A stretch of DNA of 63,017 nucleotides, counting the filler, from Sphacelaria rigidula (Eukaryota), in assembly GCA_964200075.2 (NCBI GenBank). It is 5 parts of 5 records of this genome, joined end to end, with 100 filler letters (N's around TTAATTAATTAA, not from the genome) between each part and the next. Parts side by side here need not be neighbours in the genome. Positions count along the whole stretch, not along the records: positions 1 to 12,525 come from CAXNAA020003665.1; positions 12,626 to 25,150 come from CAXNAA020003666.1; 3 more parts are not named here. The stretch is one strand, 5' to 3'. Below are positions 11,431-24,205 of the stretch, piece after piece (the first letter of the stretch is position 1; every line of letters starts with the position of its first letter). A program made the position numbers and the translations under genes. Under the pieces are notes generated by a model. It was not told where the DNA came from. It ran no database searches and saw only the letters and a program-made list of their open reading frames with translations.

Positions 11431-11653
11431 CAGAGGTATCTCAAACTCGGTTCCCCGTTTCCTGGTTTATTCGCTGGCTCTGGGTTTCCTCCTATTTTTT
11501 CAAGTGAAAGTGATAGCGATTCATTGGAGGACCTGACCCGGCCTTCAAAGGGTCATCATCATCTGATGAATCGCCATAATTTTTACTTGAAAAAATAGAA
11601 CAAAACTGAAAAGAAACCAGGAAACCGGGACCAGAGTTTGAGATATACCTCTG
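11431..11653. repeat. ~220-bp imperfect palindrome
   Basis: CAGAGGTATCTCAAACTC..TTTCCTGGTTT..CTATTTTTTCAAGTGAAA..GCGATTCAT is mirrored by ATGAATCGC..TTTTACTTGAAAAAATAG..AAACCAGGAAA..GAGTTTGAGATATACCTCTG. Confidence 0.75.
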
Positions 11654-12124
11654 TTACCCAACGCATATGAGTATCACCCGTGCCCCATGTATCTTGGCTG
11701 TCGATCCGAAACACTTGCATACATATGCCCGACACGGATGCGTGACCCGGGGTCAGCACTCTCCCCTGGGAATCAAGGAGATGCGTGCGCATTATGGGCT
11801 CCAGTACGCTGTACTGAGTATGATGCCCAGGGATCAGTCGAGGTTTTATTATTCGCTGTGGGGGAAATGCGAGAGCCTGCGGCCGGGAAAACAGAGACAC
11901 ATGCATGCTGCCATGATACTGAGAGAAGAGTGGATTTCAAAAATGCATAAGGGTATTGGCCCATAGTCGGCAGCATGCAAGATCCAGATCTCCCTGTAAT
12001 GTTGCCCTCAGTTTTTTTTTTTCCAAGATCCAGATCCCCCTTTTGGGACCGGGCCGCCAGAACGACCATGACGTTGGTTAGGAATGACGTGTCTCGCGTC
12101 TGCACGAAACAGTGGCTTCATGTT

Positions 12125-12525
12125 GGAGCTCTTTGACCGACCGAAAGCACGGAGACTAAAGGTCCGACTGCTGAAAGCGGAGGCGATGGAGGCCCTACTA
12201 TACGGATGCATGACGTGGGCCCCGCGCCGCGAACACTACGACTTGCGGAGAAAGGTGCACTACCGGCTCCTCCTGCGAGTCATCGGGTACCACCGACTGC
12301 GCGGCACATACCGATAGCTGTCGTATGTACAGGCCTTCAAGAAGACCAGATGCCGAAATGCCGAAGCCACTGTCCGGCAACGATGACTGCAGTTCGCGGG
12401 AGCCCTGGCTAGACAACCGGACGGACGACTACCGAAGCGAATAGCATTCGGAACAAAACTGTCTGAAGTGCCTAAGGGACGATCTCCACGCTTTTGGAGC
12501 CACAGCCGGCTCTACGGACGACAAC
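12125..12525 (+). mobile_element. RTE-clade non-LTR retrotransposon fragment (region C-terminal to RT, in-frame stops)
   Basis: Translates ELFDRPKARRLKVRLLKAEAMEALLYGCMTW...RLLLRVIGY...*LSYVQAF...TVRQR*LQFAGALARQPDGRLPKRIAFG. This matches the RTE-type LLYGxxTW and RLPKxxxxG motifs. Confidence 0.85.
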
Positions 12526-12625
12526 NNNNNNNNNNNNNNNNNNNNNNNNNNNNNNNNNNNNNNNNNNNNTTAATTAATTAANNNNNNNNNNNNNNNNNNN
12601 NNNNNNNNNNNNNNNNNNNNNNNNN
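12526..12625. other. Artificial 100-nt contig linker (N44-TTAATTAATTAA-N44)
   Basis: The same structure occurs four times at ~12.6-kb spacing. Confidence 0.97.
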
Positions 12626-13060
12626 CCCTTGCGTGGTCGGCACAGAACTCCGCCTTCCGACTTCCCGCTACACCGTACGACGGGAGTTTGGAGCAGCCCT
12701 CGTTGCTGCACTTCTTCCTCACTACATTGGCCATCCCCACCCTTGCGTTATCGGCACAGAACTCCGCCTTCCGACTTCCCGCTACACCGTACGACGGGAG
12801 TTTGGAGCAGCCCTCGTTGCCGCACTTCTTGTTCGCTATATTCACCATTCCCAGTCTGGCGTGGTTGGCACAGAATCCCCTTTCCCGGCTTCGCGCTACA
12901 CCATATGATGGGTGTTTGAAGCAGCCCTCGTTGCCACACTTCTTGCTCGTCAAAGTGGTCATCCCCGAACTGGCGTGGGCGACGTAGAACTCCGCCATCC
13001 GACTTCCCGTTACACCCTACGATGGCTTCTTGGAGCAGCCGTCGTTCCCGCAACCCTCGC
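12626..13060 (-). pseudogene. EsV-1-7 cysteine-rich repeat protein, probably a pseudogene, truncated at the contig end
   Basis: About four 38-aa (114-nt) repeats CGNEGCSKLPSYGVAGSRKAEFCADNARVGMANVVRKK. The first repeat reads CGNDGCSKKPS*GVTGSRMAEFYVAHA, with a Tyr-to-stop change and a lost Cys. Confidence 0.85.
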
Positions 13061-14513
13061 TTACTTCATCGGCTATCCCAACCCTGTTCGCCGACACCCC
13101 CACGATGTTGACGACCGTCATGCCATCTAATGGTCATTTCAAGCAGACCTTCTGGGGGCACTCACTGCCAAGCTCGTACCAACCCTGGAGCGAGAGGCTT
13201 TAGCGCACACAATTTCGGCCGCTTCTAGCAGTCCCAGTGTCAGACGGCCGAACAAGAGGAGCGGGCAGTTCCTCCTGATGCTGCCTGAGAACATCAAACG
13301 GTTCAAAAGCCGTCAAGATTGTCAAGTCTTCGTCAACCGCGACATACAGTACTTCGAGGGAAAAAAGCACACACAGCCTGTTCATATCTTGCATGGGTCA
13401 TCACTATGTGATAATATCGGGTAGGTGTTCGCTCTATCAAACGTTCCATTTTCAAATCAGAACGTAGTGCTGCCGATTTCTCCGGTGGAGAACTTGGCAA
13501 AACCCTGCGTATTTTCTCCACTGGGTTCTCCACTGGATTGGGCAGCTCATGTAAAAGGTAACACCAACACATGTCATACCCTACGGCCGGAAACAGCAGT
13601 ACGGGCAAATGTTATCGATCGAAAGACAAACTAAGAGATGTATATGTTTTCGTCATTGCAATTTAGATCTCGAGCATGTACGAGGAATTCATGGCCCACC
13701 CTTCGGTATCTTGAGTTGCGTCATGCAGGAAGCTCGACAAATTCGAATGTATGTATGTCACAGGTGTCTCTAAAACTGCCTTCACGCAAGTTCAGCTATC
13801 TGATCGTTTGTAGTGGTGTGCTTGAGAGGATTTGAAGGTCGTCGTCATAAGTTCCTACTGAATATTTCTGGATCATTGCGGGCTGCCGATGTAGTGGTGC
13901 GTATTGACACAACCGCCCGAGGACTCCGGGCCTCAAAAGGTAGGTAAGATCCTCGGCGACGGATGGCTACAAACCTTCAGTCTCCGCGAACTCTGTTGAC
14001 ATGCATGCAACACACGAGTACGGGAACTTAACGAACAAGCACGTGAAACTACACTACAAAAAACAACCTCACTTCACTACAAAAAACAACCTCACTTGAT
14101 CTTTCCATCAGTGAGTCAACAATCCTACCGAAAATGTACGGAATCCTATTTTGTTCTCGGTCAATATCGACCCATCCACCAAGCGATAGCTCAGAAATAC
14201 GACGTACTGAGGAGAACGCACCTCGAAAAGACCGGTTATGAGAAGAAAAGTAACACATATTGGCATTCCTGCCTCTTCATGCGAGAAGCCAAAGACAGTG
14301 ATGTCCTGAATGCTGGACCTACTCTGCACACATAGACTCAACGAAACCAGGAGACGAGAGATGAATGAGTAAACTAGACACTTCGAAATGTAGGATAAGA
14401 AAATCACTCAAGTCGACTCGATCAAAAAGTGGGACGTACCAGTGTCTAGCGGATACGGACTGTCCATTCCGTAGGGACGCCGTGAAGTCACGGTGTCGCT
14501 TGAGCGGTGAAGC

Positions 14514-15069
14514 TAGGCCCTGGCTTTTAAGGCATCCCATCGTTTTGCATTATAGCTCCTTTTTAGAAAAGGGTTGCCTGAGGGGTATGGCGCCTGAGAT
14601 GCCTTGTTTAGGCGAGGTAAGCACATGTACTACGACAAACAATGGGAGTAAGGCACACAAATGACGACGTCAACTCCAATTAGTCGGGATACCGGGGTTT
14701 TACTCTTTGCCTTAGAGCCCCTTATGGAAAAGGGGTTGCCTGATAAGGTGTTTAATGCTTGAGATGTCTCATTTAACAAAGGCAAACACAGTACACCGAA
14801 AAAACAATAGCAGTAAGCCAAGCTTATGACAACGCCCACTCCAATTATTGGGGTAACCGGCGTGATTGTCTAATGCAAGTCTACGGCGAGTCTACGGCGA
14901 GTCGAAGGCAAGTCTCGGGCATCCCGAGCTATAAACTAAGTCATTTCAGGCATGGATACGGGGTAAGGCATGCCTTAGCGGATGCCTGAGGCCAACTATT
15001 TTGCCTAAGACGTGCCTTCAACGGTTTGCCTTAGACCCCCCTTCGGCATGCCTTAGAAGTCAGGGCCTA
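14514..15069. mobile_element. hAT-like MITE
   Basis: TIRs TAGGCCCTGGCTTTTAAGGCAT / ATGCCTTAGAAGTCAGGGCCTA. 8-bp TSD GGTGAAGC / GGTAAAGC. Internal diverged ~160-bp duplication. Confidence 0.85.
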
Positions 15070-17799
15070 GGTAAAGCCCATGCTCAAGACATTAATTTCG
15101 GGTTGGTTGGAGTTTATAGAAAGCTCACGTCCCGCCTCAAGACTGGTACATGATAACCCCGATGAATTCCGAGAGACAGCTCCTGTCGAATGAATGGCCA
15201 CATTATGTATCCTCAAGAAGTACACGATCCGCCAGGACGTCATAATGGACGGCCCCATCTATTTGACGCTCCTCCGTAGTATGCCTCGAGAGTTGATGCC
15301 GAGTTTGCGAATGAATATGGCTTCACATGTGCAGGGACATACACCATATGCACCGCCCTCAGTGTGTCACGATGAACCACACAAGCGCGCGATCGGGACA
15401 TCCCACCGTTCACGGTCGTGGTAAAGTTCGATCGTGTAGGATGAACTAAAACCGGGGTGTCGGAGCAAAAAAGCACAAGTCAGGAGCACGTTAAAAAAAG
15501 TAAGTTTTGCACTAACATATTGGACACATTACCCGCGGGAAAACGGCGCTTCCGGAAAACGAGAAGATCGGCATATGATAGTACCTTCAGATTATACCAT
15601 CTCAGTGCGGAGGACGCGTGAACATTATGCTAGGATAAAACCACACTCAGCTCCCAACACGAGACCGGGAGTAACGGTTGGGAAGCACTCGCTTCAGCAG
15701 GTTGGCACACTCAAGTTCTTGTGACCTCGGCGTTTTGTTCGTGGTCACTTTGTACATGTGGCGGCATTTGTTCATTTATTCCTGGTGCCGCATATGGGCT
15801 CTCCGTGCTGTTTGGTTGTCGCACACTCAGTGATCTCCGACAAGATGATGCGTGGTCACAAGATAGACGCACCCAAGGTGAATATGACATAATCATTCCC
15901 TATTCATGCTGGAAACTCGAGCGACGGGAATCGTCCATGAAAAGTTGATTAAATAGGGCACACACAATCGGTTGAAGAGACATGTGCTACGAATCTATCA
16001 TGAACCACCTTTGCTCTTGTTCGACGTGACTGAGGCTGACTGCAATCGTGTCTGATTAGTTGTTCCCACGCCGACCACACGGTGTTACACGTCTCTGGCT
16101 GCCAACAATGATATCACTGTTGGCGTGCAATCAGTTCTCCTGATGCCAGCCTGCAAAAGCGCTTCTCCATACACAACAACCTTGTAACCTACTCTGATCC
16201 TGTTATGCCCTGCAAACATGCCCTTGGAAGGAAGTACATGATGGGCAGGAGCCACACCTTGGCCGGGTCGATGCGGTTTTTGATACTTGTTGATACTTTG
16301 CATCGTAGATAGCATCCGTTCGGGTCTCGACGTGTGCTCTTATTTGGGGTGTAGCGGCCGTAACGTACGTTGGGTCAGTGTGGGCACGTGCTGGACACGA
16401 GGTTGCCTCCCGAGGAACATGTTTCAACATATACTCCCCCCGCCGCCGCCGGGTATACCGACGGATAGGTACACCGAGTTAAGGGAATATATATGAAATA
16501 ATATTGATGAGACAATATATGTCGAGCACAAACCGAAGAAGGGACATTATCATATTATCTAACCAAAGCCCTTGCCGGCGTTCGGCCGGCTGCGGTGCTA
16601 TTTTCAGCGGGTCACTGAGATGAGGTGAACATAGTCGGAGATATTTCAGCTGAGGTGCTATCGATAGCCAAGCTCTCCTGTTTCGTTGTAGTTGGCGTTT
16701 TGTGTTTATACGGAGGTTGAGAAGAGCATTTTTCCCCATGTGGACAGGCAGCGGGGCAGTTGCCGGTGCAGTATAACAACCGCACGAGAAGCATAAACCA
16801 GACGCTTCCGAGGCCGGTTCCGACGGGAGGGTTGGTGGGTAGATGATTGAAAGTAAGTGAGGACAATCGGCCGCTACTGTGTGATTGCTTGCAGGCGTGG
16901 GAAAGCGATGAATGTCGCGTATGTTACCGATTGTGCCGCAAGAAAAGTAGACCTGCTTTTGAGTCATGGAGGTACAAAAGTTTGCGGTAATTATATCGAC
17001 GCATAGTGAAAGAAAAAAAACAACTCGCTTGTAGAAAAATGGCGAGGGGCCCTGGGGTTGTTGATCCGAACCTTGCTTGGTAGGTTTTGAAATCACTCCT
17101 GCCTTTCCCCTCTTCTGTATACTACAGTAGCAGATCTGATGGGTGTGTTTTTACCTCAACCCCGATCGACTAGGGGGACAGATGTTTCGGTTATTTTCGA
17201 ACAATTATAAGGGTATTGGTACTTCATACAAGGATTAGACGGGGCCGCCCCGTCCTTCACGAAAGGCGTGGAAAGGAATGAATTTGAATTGGGAGAGGGT
17301 GAAGGTCACGACTCCTAGCAAGAGGTTGAGCCACAGATTTGACGTGTGTATCGGTTGTGAAACTGTGCTGCATGTGATGAGTAGAAGAGGGAAGATCTGG
17401 CATGGGCGTGGCATGATAGGTATCAAGGAACGCACGCGTTGAGAGTGCGGAATGGTGGATGAAGCACACCTCATTTTGTTCCACGTATTAAAAGTGTAAA
17501 GAACGCGGACATTGCGTTCTGATTTAAAAAAAAGCTGAAAAATGGAGGGAAAAGTGGACTCGTGTTCCAATAGTAGGAGTTTGCTCAGAAGTTGATAGTT
17601 TGCTTACGAAAGAGCAACATCTCCATGTACAACTGCGGTTGAATGTGGTTGAAATTCGCTCCAACGTATACCTATACAACATTTGACATTTCACGAAGAA
17701 CCTATAGTACATGAGTGAGCGAAAAAGACGCGACATCATATACTGTGGTAATGACGGACCACATGGACGAATACCCCCCGCGATGAAGACGTCTGATGT

Positions 17800-18070
17800 G
17801 TGTGTGTGTTGTCGTCCCTCCTATTCTGGACGTTGGCCTACACCTTTCGGTATATATATGTGTGGGGGCACCAGCCGGGGTCACACAGGAGTAAGATCAA
17901 CACAGGAGCTTGTTTTCTAAAAAGAAATTAGTGCCCCACTTTCCTTCTGCGGTGCTTGCCTTTATTCGTTATCGCGAGAGGGCTTCAGCAGTCCCTTTCC
18001 CTCGTCCACCGTTAGGTCGAATTTTCTGAACCCACGACATAGTCGCCCTCCACTGTTGGGCATGGTGTGA
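17800..18070 (-). mobile_element. SINE-like family 1 body; head absent, sequence switches to LTR at ~18070
   Basis: Matches ~1800-2060. Confidence 0.75.
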
Positions 18071-18079
18071 GGGGGGAGA

Positions 18080-18623
18080 TGTTATCGTGAAAAACAAATG
18101 CTTGCCAACAAATGTACAAAGTAAAAACGGAAAAGTAACACACGTGGGCAGAGGTCCCCTGAGTGAGTGAACTGCGTAGGCCGAGTGCAGGGTACTCGGA
18201 TGACCCAGTTTACCGGACTGTGTGCAAAGTCACAGTCCATACACTGTGAAGAACCTGAGCAGATTTATCCCTGTCTCAAGGATGAAAGTCCTGTTTCAGG
18301 GACATCCCTCTGCGAAGGCCCTGCGCAGGGGGCTCATGATGCCCCTGGAACAGGACTTTCACCCTTGAGACAGGGATACCCTGTGAATAACCTGCGCCCT
18401 AATGTTCGGGTATGTTAAAGGATCCCAGATTAAGTGACAGGGTACACTATGGATGATGATCCTCACCGTGTAGCCTTTCATGTGTTAACAGTGGCCTGCT
18501 GTTGCTTACTTCGTGAATGGAAGCTCTAAGAGAAGTTCTTATCGAGCGTGAGGCCAGTGGATTCTGGACAAGTCCCTCACTGAATAGCCCTCTTGTCCAG
18601 ATCGTCTGGCAGAGGCTGTAATA
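18080..18623 (+). repeat. Candidate 5' LTR (only ~18432-18620 is shared with the 3' LTR)
   Basis: Starts TGTTAT after GAGGGGGGAGA. The last ~190 bp are roughly 90% identical by eye to ~24013-24199. Confidence 0.65.
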
Positions 18624-18799
18624 TCTAGATATTGCTCGGCACTCTGTTCAGAGGAGTTTGGGCTGAGGTACGAGACGGGCAGCCGGTACGGTTTGTGCCC
18701 AAGGAGATAGTGCTGGATGCACTTGGTTTAAACGAGAGGAGCAGCTCGCAGCAAGACCAGCATTTGGAGAAAGCTCCGCTGGCGACGCTCAAGTCTGGC

Positions 18800-21700
18800 A
18801 TGGCTCAAGCGACAACAACACCAGTGGTATTGGGTGAGACGTTACATTCGCCACAATATGGTAAAGAGTGGAACGAAGTAGCTAGTCGCAAGTTTTTCGG
18901 GGCCTATCTTGATTACGAACAGCGGTTGCGAATCGCATATGAAGGAGGAAGGGTGATACACGCGCAAGTGCCCGTTTGGGCAGTTGATTCCTGCATACAT
19001 TCGTCAATGTTTCGAAATTCTGTACAAAGACGGACGAATAATGACCGCAGCGGAGCTCGTAGGTGCTGTGAAGCAGCATGCTGGGTATACCACCACCGGT
19101 GGCCGAGAGGATAAAACTCGGGCTGCGGCTGATATCAAGCGCATTCTCAGGATGGCCCAAGACGGACCACTGTCTGTACGGGATAGGGCAATGACAGTCA
19201 CTTCAAATTTGGAACAGTACATTTTATTAAAATTGTCGGTCGAAGCCATGTACAGGGGGGCACAAGACAGAAGCTGGCTACCAGGTCCGGCACAGTCAGT
19301 TTTCATTGCGATGGTGGACAGCATTGCGCCTCCGGCGTCTCAGGCTGATGTCAAGACCCTCTTGATGTACGAGGAGGGTTGGAAACGAAACCCGACTTTA
19401 GTGATGAAGACGATACTTGAGGCTGCTGACAAGTGGAAACTTGTAGAATCTGTAGAACGCCGTGATGGTGGAGCAAATACGGGTGGATCTCGCCGCAAAC
19501 AACAACAGCAACAGCAGTCGTCTGCGCGAGGGATATCTACTCGCGCATGCTATAACTGTGGCGACCATGGACATAATTTGAAGGATTGTCCCAAGCCTCG
19601 TGCCAAGGGCGCTAATCAATATAGCCCGCAAGACTAGTCAGGATCCAGCGGCGGTCGTCATGGAGGAAGAGGTGGAGGTCATGGTGGACGCGGGGGCGGT
19701 GGCCGCGGCAGCAATCGAGAGGCGACGGATGGTGGATCCTCCATTACAATATCTTCGGCTGCATCTTCAGAACTTGCCTCAGGCTCTTCTGGCTCGTCCA
19801 TGCCGGGGCGGGCAGTTTATGTAGGAGGGAGTAGTACTTCGGTGGGTGGTGCTGGAGCGGCAGCTCGCAAACCACCGGCCAGGCAGGATCCGTGTCTGGT
19901 ATTGCTCCCGCTACTGCGACGGCGGCAACGGCGCCGTCTACATATACGGAACCTTGGTCGGGGTGGAACGCCGATTCGGTGTCGACAATGCCACTTTCTG
20001 GAGCGCAGCCTTGGCGACAGGTGACTGTAGCCAACAATACAGGTTTCCCCCGACAGGTGTAGTGCCTGTCGATCGCACTGCACAATGCCTCCGTGCTGAC
20101 CTTTCTCTGCCAGGTACGGTAGGATTATTGATGGCACGAGTTATTCTGGACTCTGGGTTCGCGCTTACGTCTATCAGCGTGGGTTTGCTGGCCCAGTTGT
20201 CTTCGCTCAGCGGCAACGCAATTACAGCTGCCGTTCCAGAACGGTCCCCAAACCGCTCACACCGCTACGGGAGAGCCCGTGACGGTAACACACAAGACTG
20301 TCCTAATCTCCGTAAGTGTACGCACCCCGTGGGGGGCTGCGCAGATGACACCCATCACCTTCGCTATTATGCCCGGCAGTGATGATGCCATTCTCTTCGG
20401 CATGGCAACGATACAGCAGATCGGCATTGATTTGTATCCTCTGGCGTTGGAGAAGTTACGCCCCCATGCCGTGCCGGTTCAGACGGACGTCGAAAACTCT
20501 AGTTATCTAGCGACTAGGCGGGTGACCATCTCTGTCGATGCGCTTCAAACTGAGTGTGTAGAGTAAACTCCTGCGGATGAGGCAGTGGAGCGATTGGTGG
20601 ACCGGGGCCCGTACATGTTTCTGGACCCTGCAGAAGAGAAGGAGGGGAGAGATCGCGCGCTGGCAGATAGCGTGCGACAGGCTGAACAGCAGGGCCTGAG
20701 CGCCGAAGGCGCTCATCGTCTGCGCGATATTTTGTCTCGTCGCGTAGATACATTTTGACGTGCGCTGTGCGGTGATCCGCCAGTGCGCGTAGAGCCGATG
20801 CGCGAACAACTCAAGCCGCAGGCGAAGGCTGTAAAGGCCAAGCCAAGGCGATGCGATCCGGTGAAACCCGGGTGGCTGGCTGCATGCATAGCGGCGTTGG
20901 TGGCGTTTGGTTTGGTGGTGAAGAACATACAAGCGGTGTGGGCGAGTCCGACGATGGCCGTGCCGAAGATAGATACTTTCCGTTTTGTCAGTGACTACCA
21001 AGCGGTGAACGTGCAGATCAAGCAGTTTCCGGGGGTAATGCCGAGTCAGGAGGACATGCGGGAGTTACTGGGAGCGCAATACTTCGGCAAATTGGACTTG
21101 CTCAAGGGGTATTAGCAAGTACCTCTGGCACCGGACGCACAAGAGTTCTTCACGATCGTCACACCAAAAGGTCTGTTTACGCCAACTCGTGTTTCCCAGG
21201 GTGTGCTGAATGCTAGAACCTATTTTCAAGGTGTGACGACTGATCTTTTGCAAGGACTGAACTGCAAAGTGTGGGTCGATGGTGTTTCTTATTTCGCCGA
21301 TTCAGAAGAAGCGTTGCTGATGTTGTCAGACAAGATTCTCGGGCGTTTGGAAAGTGTTGGCCTGTTCGTCGCAGCTCACCAGTGCACGTTTTTTTCTCGA
21401 GAAACAGTTTGGTGTGGCAAGATGTACTCGCACGGAACTGTGTTTCACGATCCTTCACGCATTCAAGGGCTGAGTACAACGCGACGTCCTAAAAATGCAA
21501 GTGAGCTGATGCAGTTTCTGCAGGCGGTCAATTGGTTGCGAACTTCGCTACCTCGCACGGCAGAAGTAGTGAAGCCGTTTCGTGCGTTTTTAGAACAACT
21601 GATGGCAGGGGCGTCGCGTAGGACCAAGCGGGTGGCGCGAAATCGTGTCATTCCGGAGGACGCCTAGACAGAGGATCGGATGTGGGCACGGTGTGCAGCG

Positions 21701-23756
21701 CAGGATTTGGTGGCGCAAGCGATCTCACTGTATCATCCTCGTCCTGGTTGCGTTGTGTTGTGTTAATGTTCCCCGATGCAAATGACCTTCACTGGGGGTC
21801 TTTTCTGACGCAGGTGCCTGTCACAGACTTCAACAGTGGCATGGCGTTGGAAAATATGTCACACGAACCTTTGGGGTTTCTGAGTGGTAGTTTCAAGGGT
21901 TCACAGTTGCATTGGGCGACAGTGGATAACGAAGGTTTCGCGGTTGTAATCACATTCCGTAGACTCGAGTATTTGCTCTGGGGTGGTGTTCGTATCTTCA
22001 CTGATCATCGGAATCTTGAGTACATTTTCAACCCCGAGGAGTGTGTCACCTCGGTCACAAAAGCCATGGCACAGAGACTGGAGAATTGGAAAGGTTTGCT
22101 AGGTCAGCACCGATACGCAATTGAACATATCCCGAGATAAAACAAAAAATGGGGAGATTTGTTGTCACGGTGGGCACAGGTCCCTACCGTACGTATTTGT
22201 TCCGTTGCTGCTGATTCGCTGCCCTTGTTAGATGTAATTCGCGATGCGCAGCGGAAAACAGTCGGCGACGGTGTAACTTCTTTTCCCACGACCTTCGGTC
22301 AAGCTACCTTGGCTGATGATGGTTTGTTCCGGGTGCATGTTGGCAGTCGTGATGTTTTGTGGATTCCGTCAGAGACGAAGACTCTGCAAAATCGCCTTAT
22401 GGTGTGCGCTTACATGAGATCGGCTGGGCACCGTGGTGTGGCGCCGACTTTGTTTCGCCTGAAAGAATACTGTGTGTGGCCTCACATGGATTCTCAGGTT
22501 TGCGAGTTTGTTCGCCAGTGTTTACACTGTATGGACACTCGTGCAGGTGAAATTGTACCTCGTCCGTGTGGCGATACTGTGCATGGTACTGCACCAGGTG
22601 AGGTGGTTCACTTTGACTTTATCTGCGTCGGGAGTAGCGGGCCTGAAGGTGATGACGGCTTGCCTGAGGACGATGGTTTTCGATACGTACTAGTCATAAT
22701 GGATGACTTGTCTAATTTCGTTTGTCTGGAGCCGACCGGAGCTTGTACAGCCGAGGTCACGGCTCAATATTTGTTGTGGTGTAAGACTTTGGGGGTGCCA
22801 CGGGTGTGGTCGAGCGATACAGCTTCGCATTTCAAAAATCGAGTAATGGCGCATCTGAGCGACGCGCTCCAGGTGAAACGACAATTTGCTGCTGCATACA
22901 CCCCATGGTCAAACGGTGCATGTCAACGTATGGTGAAGGAGGTTAATCGTGCGTAGAGGTCTATTTCATCAGAACAGAGACGACCGGTGTCGGATTGGGT
23001 TAATGTTCTACCGGCAGCTCAGTGGGCGCTGAATACGTCTTTTCGTGAACGATACCGCAACACTCCATACTGTGCGATGTTTGGACGGGCGCCGCGTACC
23101 GCGTTTTCAGCGTTCGTTTCTGCCACAGACGGCGAGTGGAAAATCGATGTCATGAATGCTGACACGTTGCGTGACAACGTTGAGGACGTCCTTGAAGAGC
23201 AAGTGAGGTTTTCCAAAGAAATGCAAGCAGCTGTTGCGGTGTCCCGAGAAACTAAACGTAAGCTTGCTCGAGGCCAAGCTGTGTTGCCCCATTTTGCGGT
23301 TGGTGATTTTGTTTCGTATGCTCGTGTTCGTAGGCAAGGTGTGACGCCAAAACCGATGTCCACATGGACAGGTCCGTGGCCAGTGGTCGGAGCCGATCAC
23401 GCTCACGTGTAATCGGTACAGAATATTGTTTCTGGCGCCGTGTACTCGGCTCATGTCGCTCGTTTACGTTTTCATGCTGACTCACAGTTGCACATCACGG
23501 CGGAACTCAAAGATATTTTCAGCATTCGTATGCTCAGGGGGAGTGTCGGATGAATGCTTTCGTGCACGTCGTAGAGGACGATGATGGAAATGTCAAAGTT
23601 TTGGTCGATTGGGATAACCTTGATTATGAAGAACGTACGTGGGAGTCTCTCCGGAAAATTCATTCTTCGGCGCCCTAATTTGTTGTCAAGGAATTGCGTA
23701 AACTGTGGTTGACTCCGGCTTTGACCAGTAAATTAAGGTCGGAGTATGGTACGTGA
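18800..23756 (+). pseudogene. gag-pol with many stops and frameshifts
   Basis: Zn knuckle CYNCGDHGHNLKDC (~19548-19589); protease RVILDSG (~20136); RT FRFVSDY, FGKLDLLKGY, WVDG (eroded xxDD, ~21270); RNase H FPDANDLHWG/IFTDHRNL; integrase GHRG..W..CLHC, HFDF, SDTASHF, NGACQR; chromodomain VLVDWDNLDYEERTWES (~23597). Confidence 0.9.
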
Positions 23757-23950
23757 ACTGCGGTTGACTCGGGCGTTGATCAGTAAATCAACGTCGGAGT
23801 ATGGTACGTAAAATGCGCTTGACTCGCGCGTTGACCAGCAAAATAACGTCGGAGTATGGTATTTCTTCGTGATTCGGCGCATGCAAATTTGGCTTGGTGG
23901 TTTTTGATGGTTGTCAAGCTCGTTCATTTGTCTTGAACTCGCTTTGGGGG

Positions 23951-24202
23951 TGCTGTAGTCCAAAATGGTGCCAACCCGTTGCGTTTAACGTGTAGGATAC
24001 TGGATGTTGATTATGTGACAGGGTACACCGTGGATGATGACCCTCACCGTGTAGCCTTTGATGTGTAGACAGTGGGCTGCTGTTGCTTACTTCGTGAATG
24101 GAAGCTTCAAAAGAAGTTCTTATCGTGCGTGAGGCCAGTGGATTCTGGAGACGTCCCTCTGAATAGCCCTCTTGTCCAGATCGTCTGGCAGAGGCTATAG
24201 CT
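23951..24202 (+). repeat. Candidate 3' LTR
   Basis: Follows TTTGGGGG. Ends TGCTGTAG...CTATAGCT form an imperfect terminal inverted repeat. The 3' ~190 bp is shared with the 5' LTR. Confidence 0.7.
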
Positions 24203-24205
24203 CTC

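Larger units (their letters stand above)
18080..24202 (+). mobile_element. Decayed Ty3/gypsy LTR retrotransposon with chromodomain
   Basis: Domain order gag-PR-RT-RH-IN-chromo between two repeats sharing ~190 bp. Confidence 0.92.

Noticed and set aside
12570..12581. TTAATTAATTAA as a biological motif
   Set aside because: It sits at the centre of every 100-nt N linker; assembly artefact.
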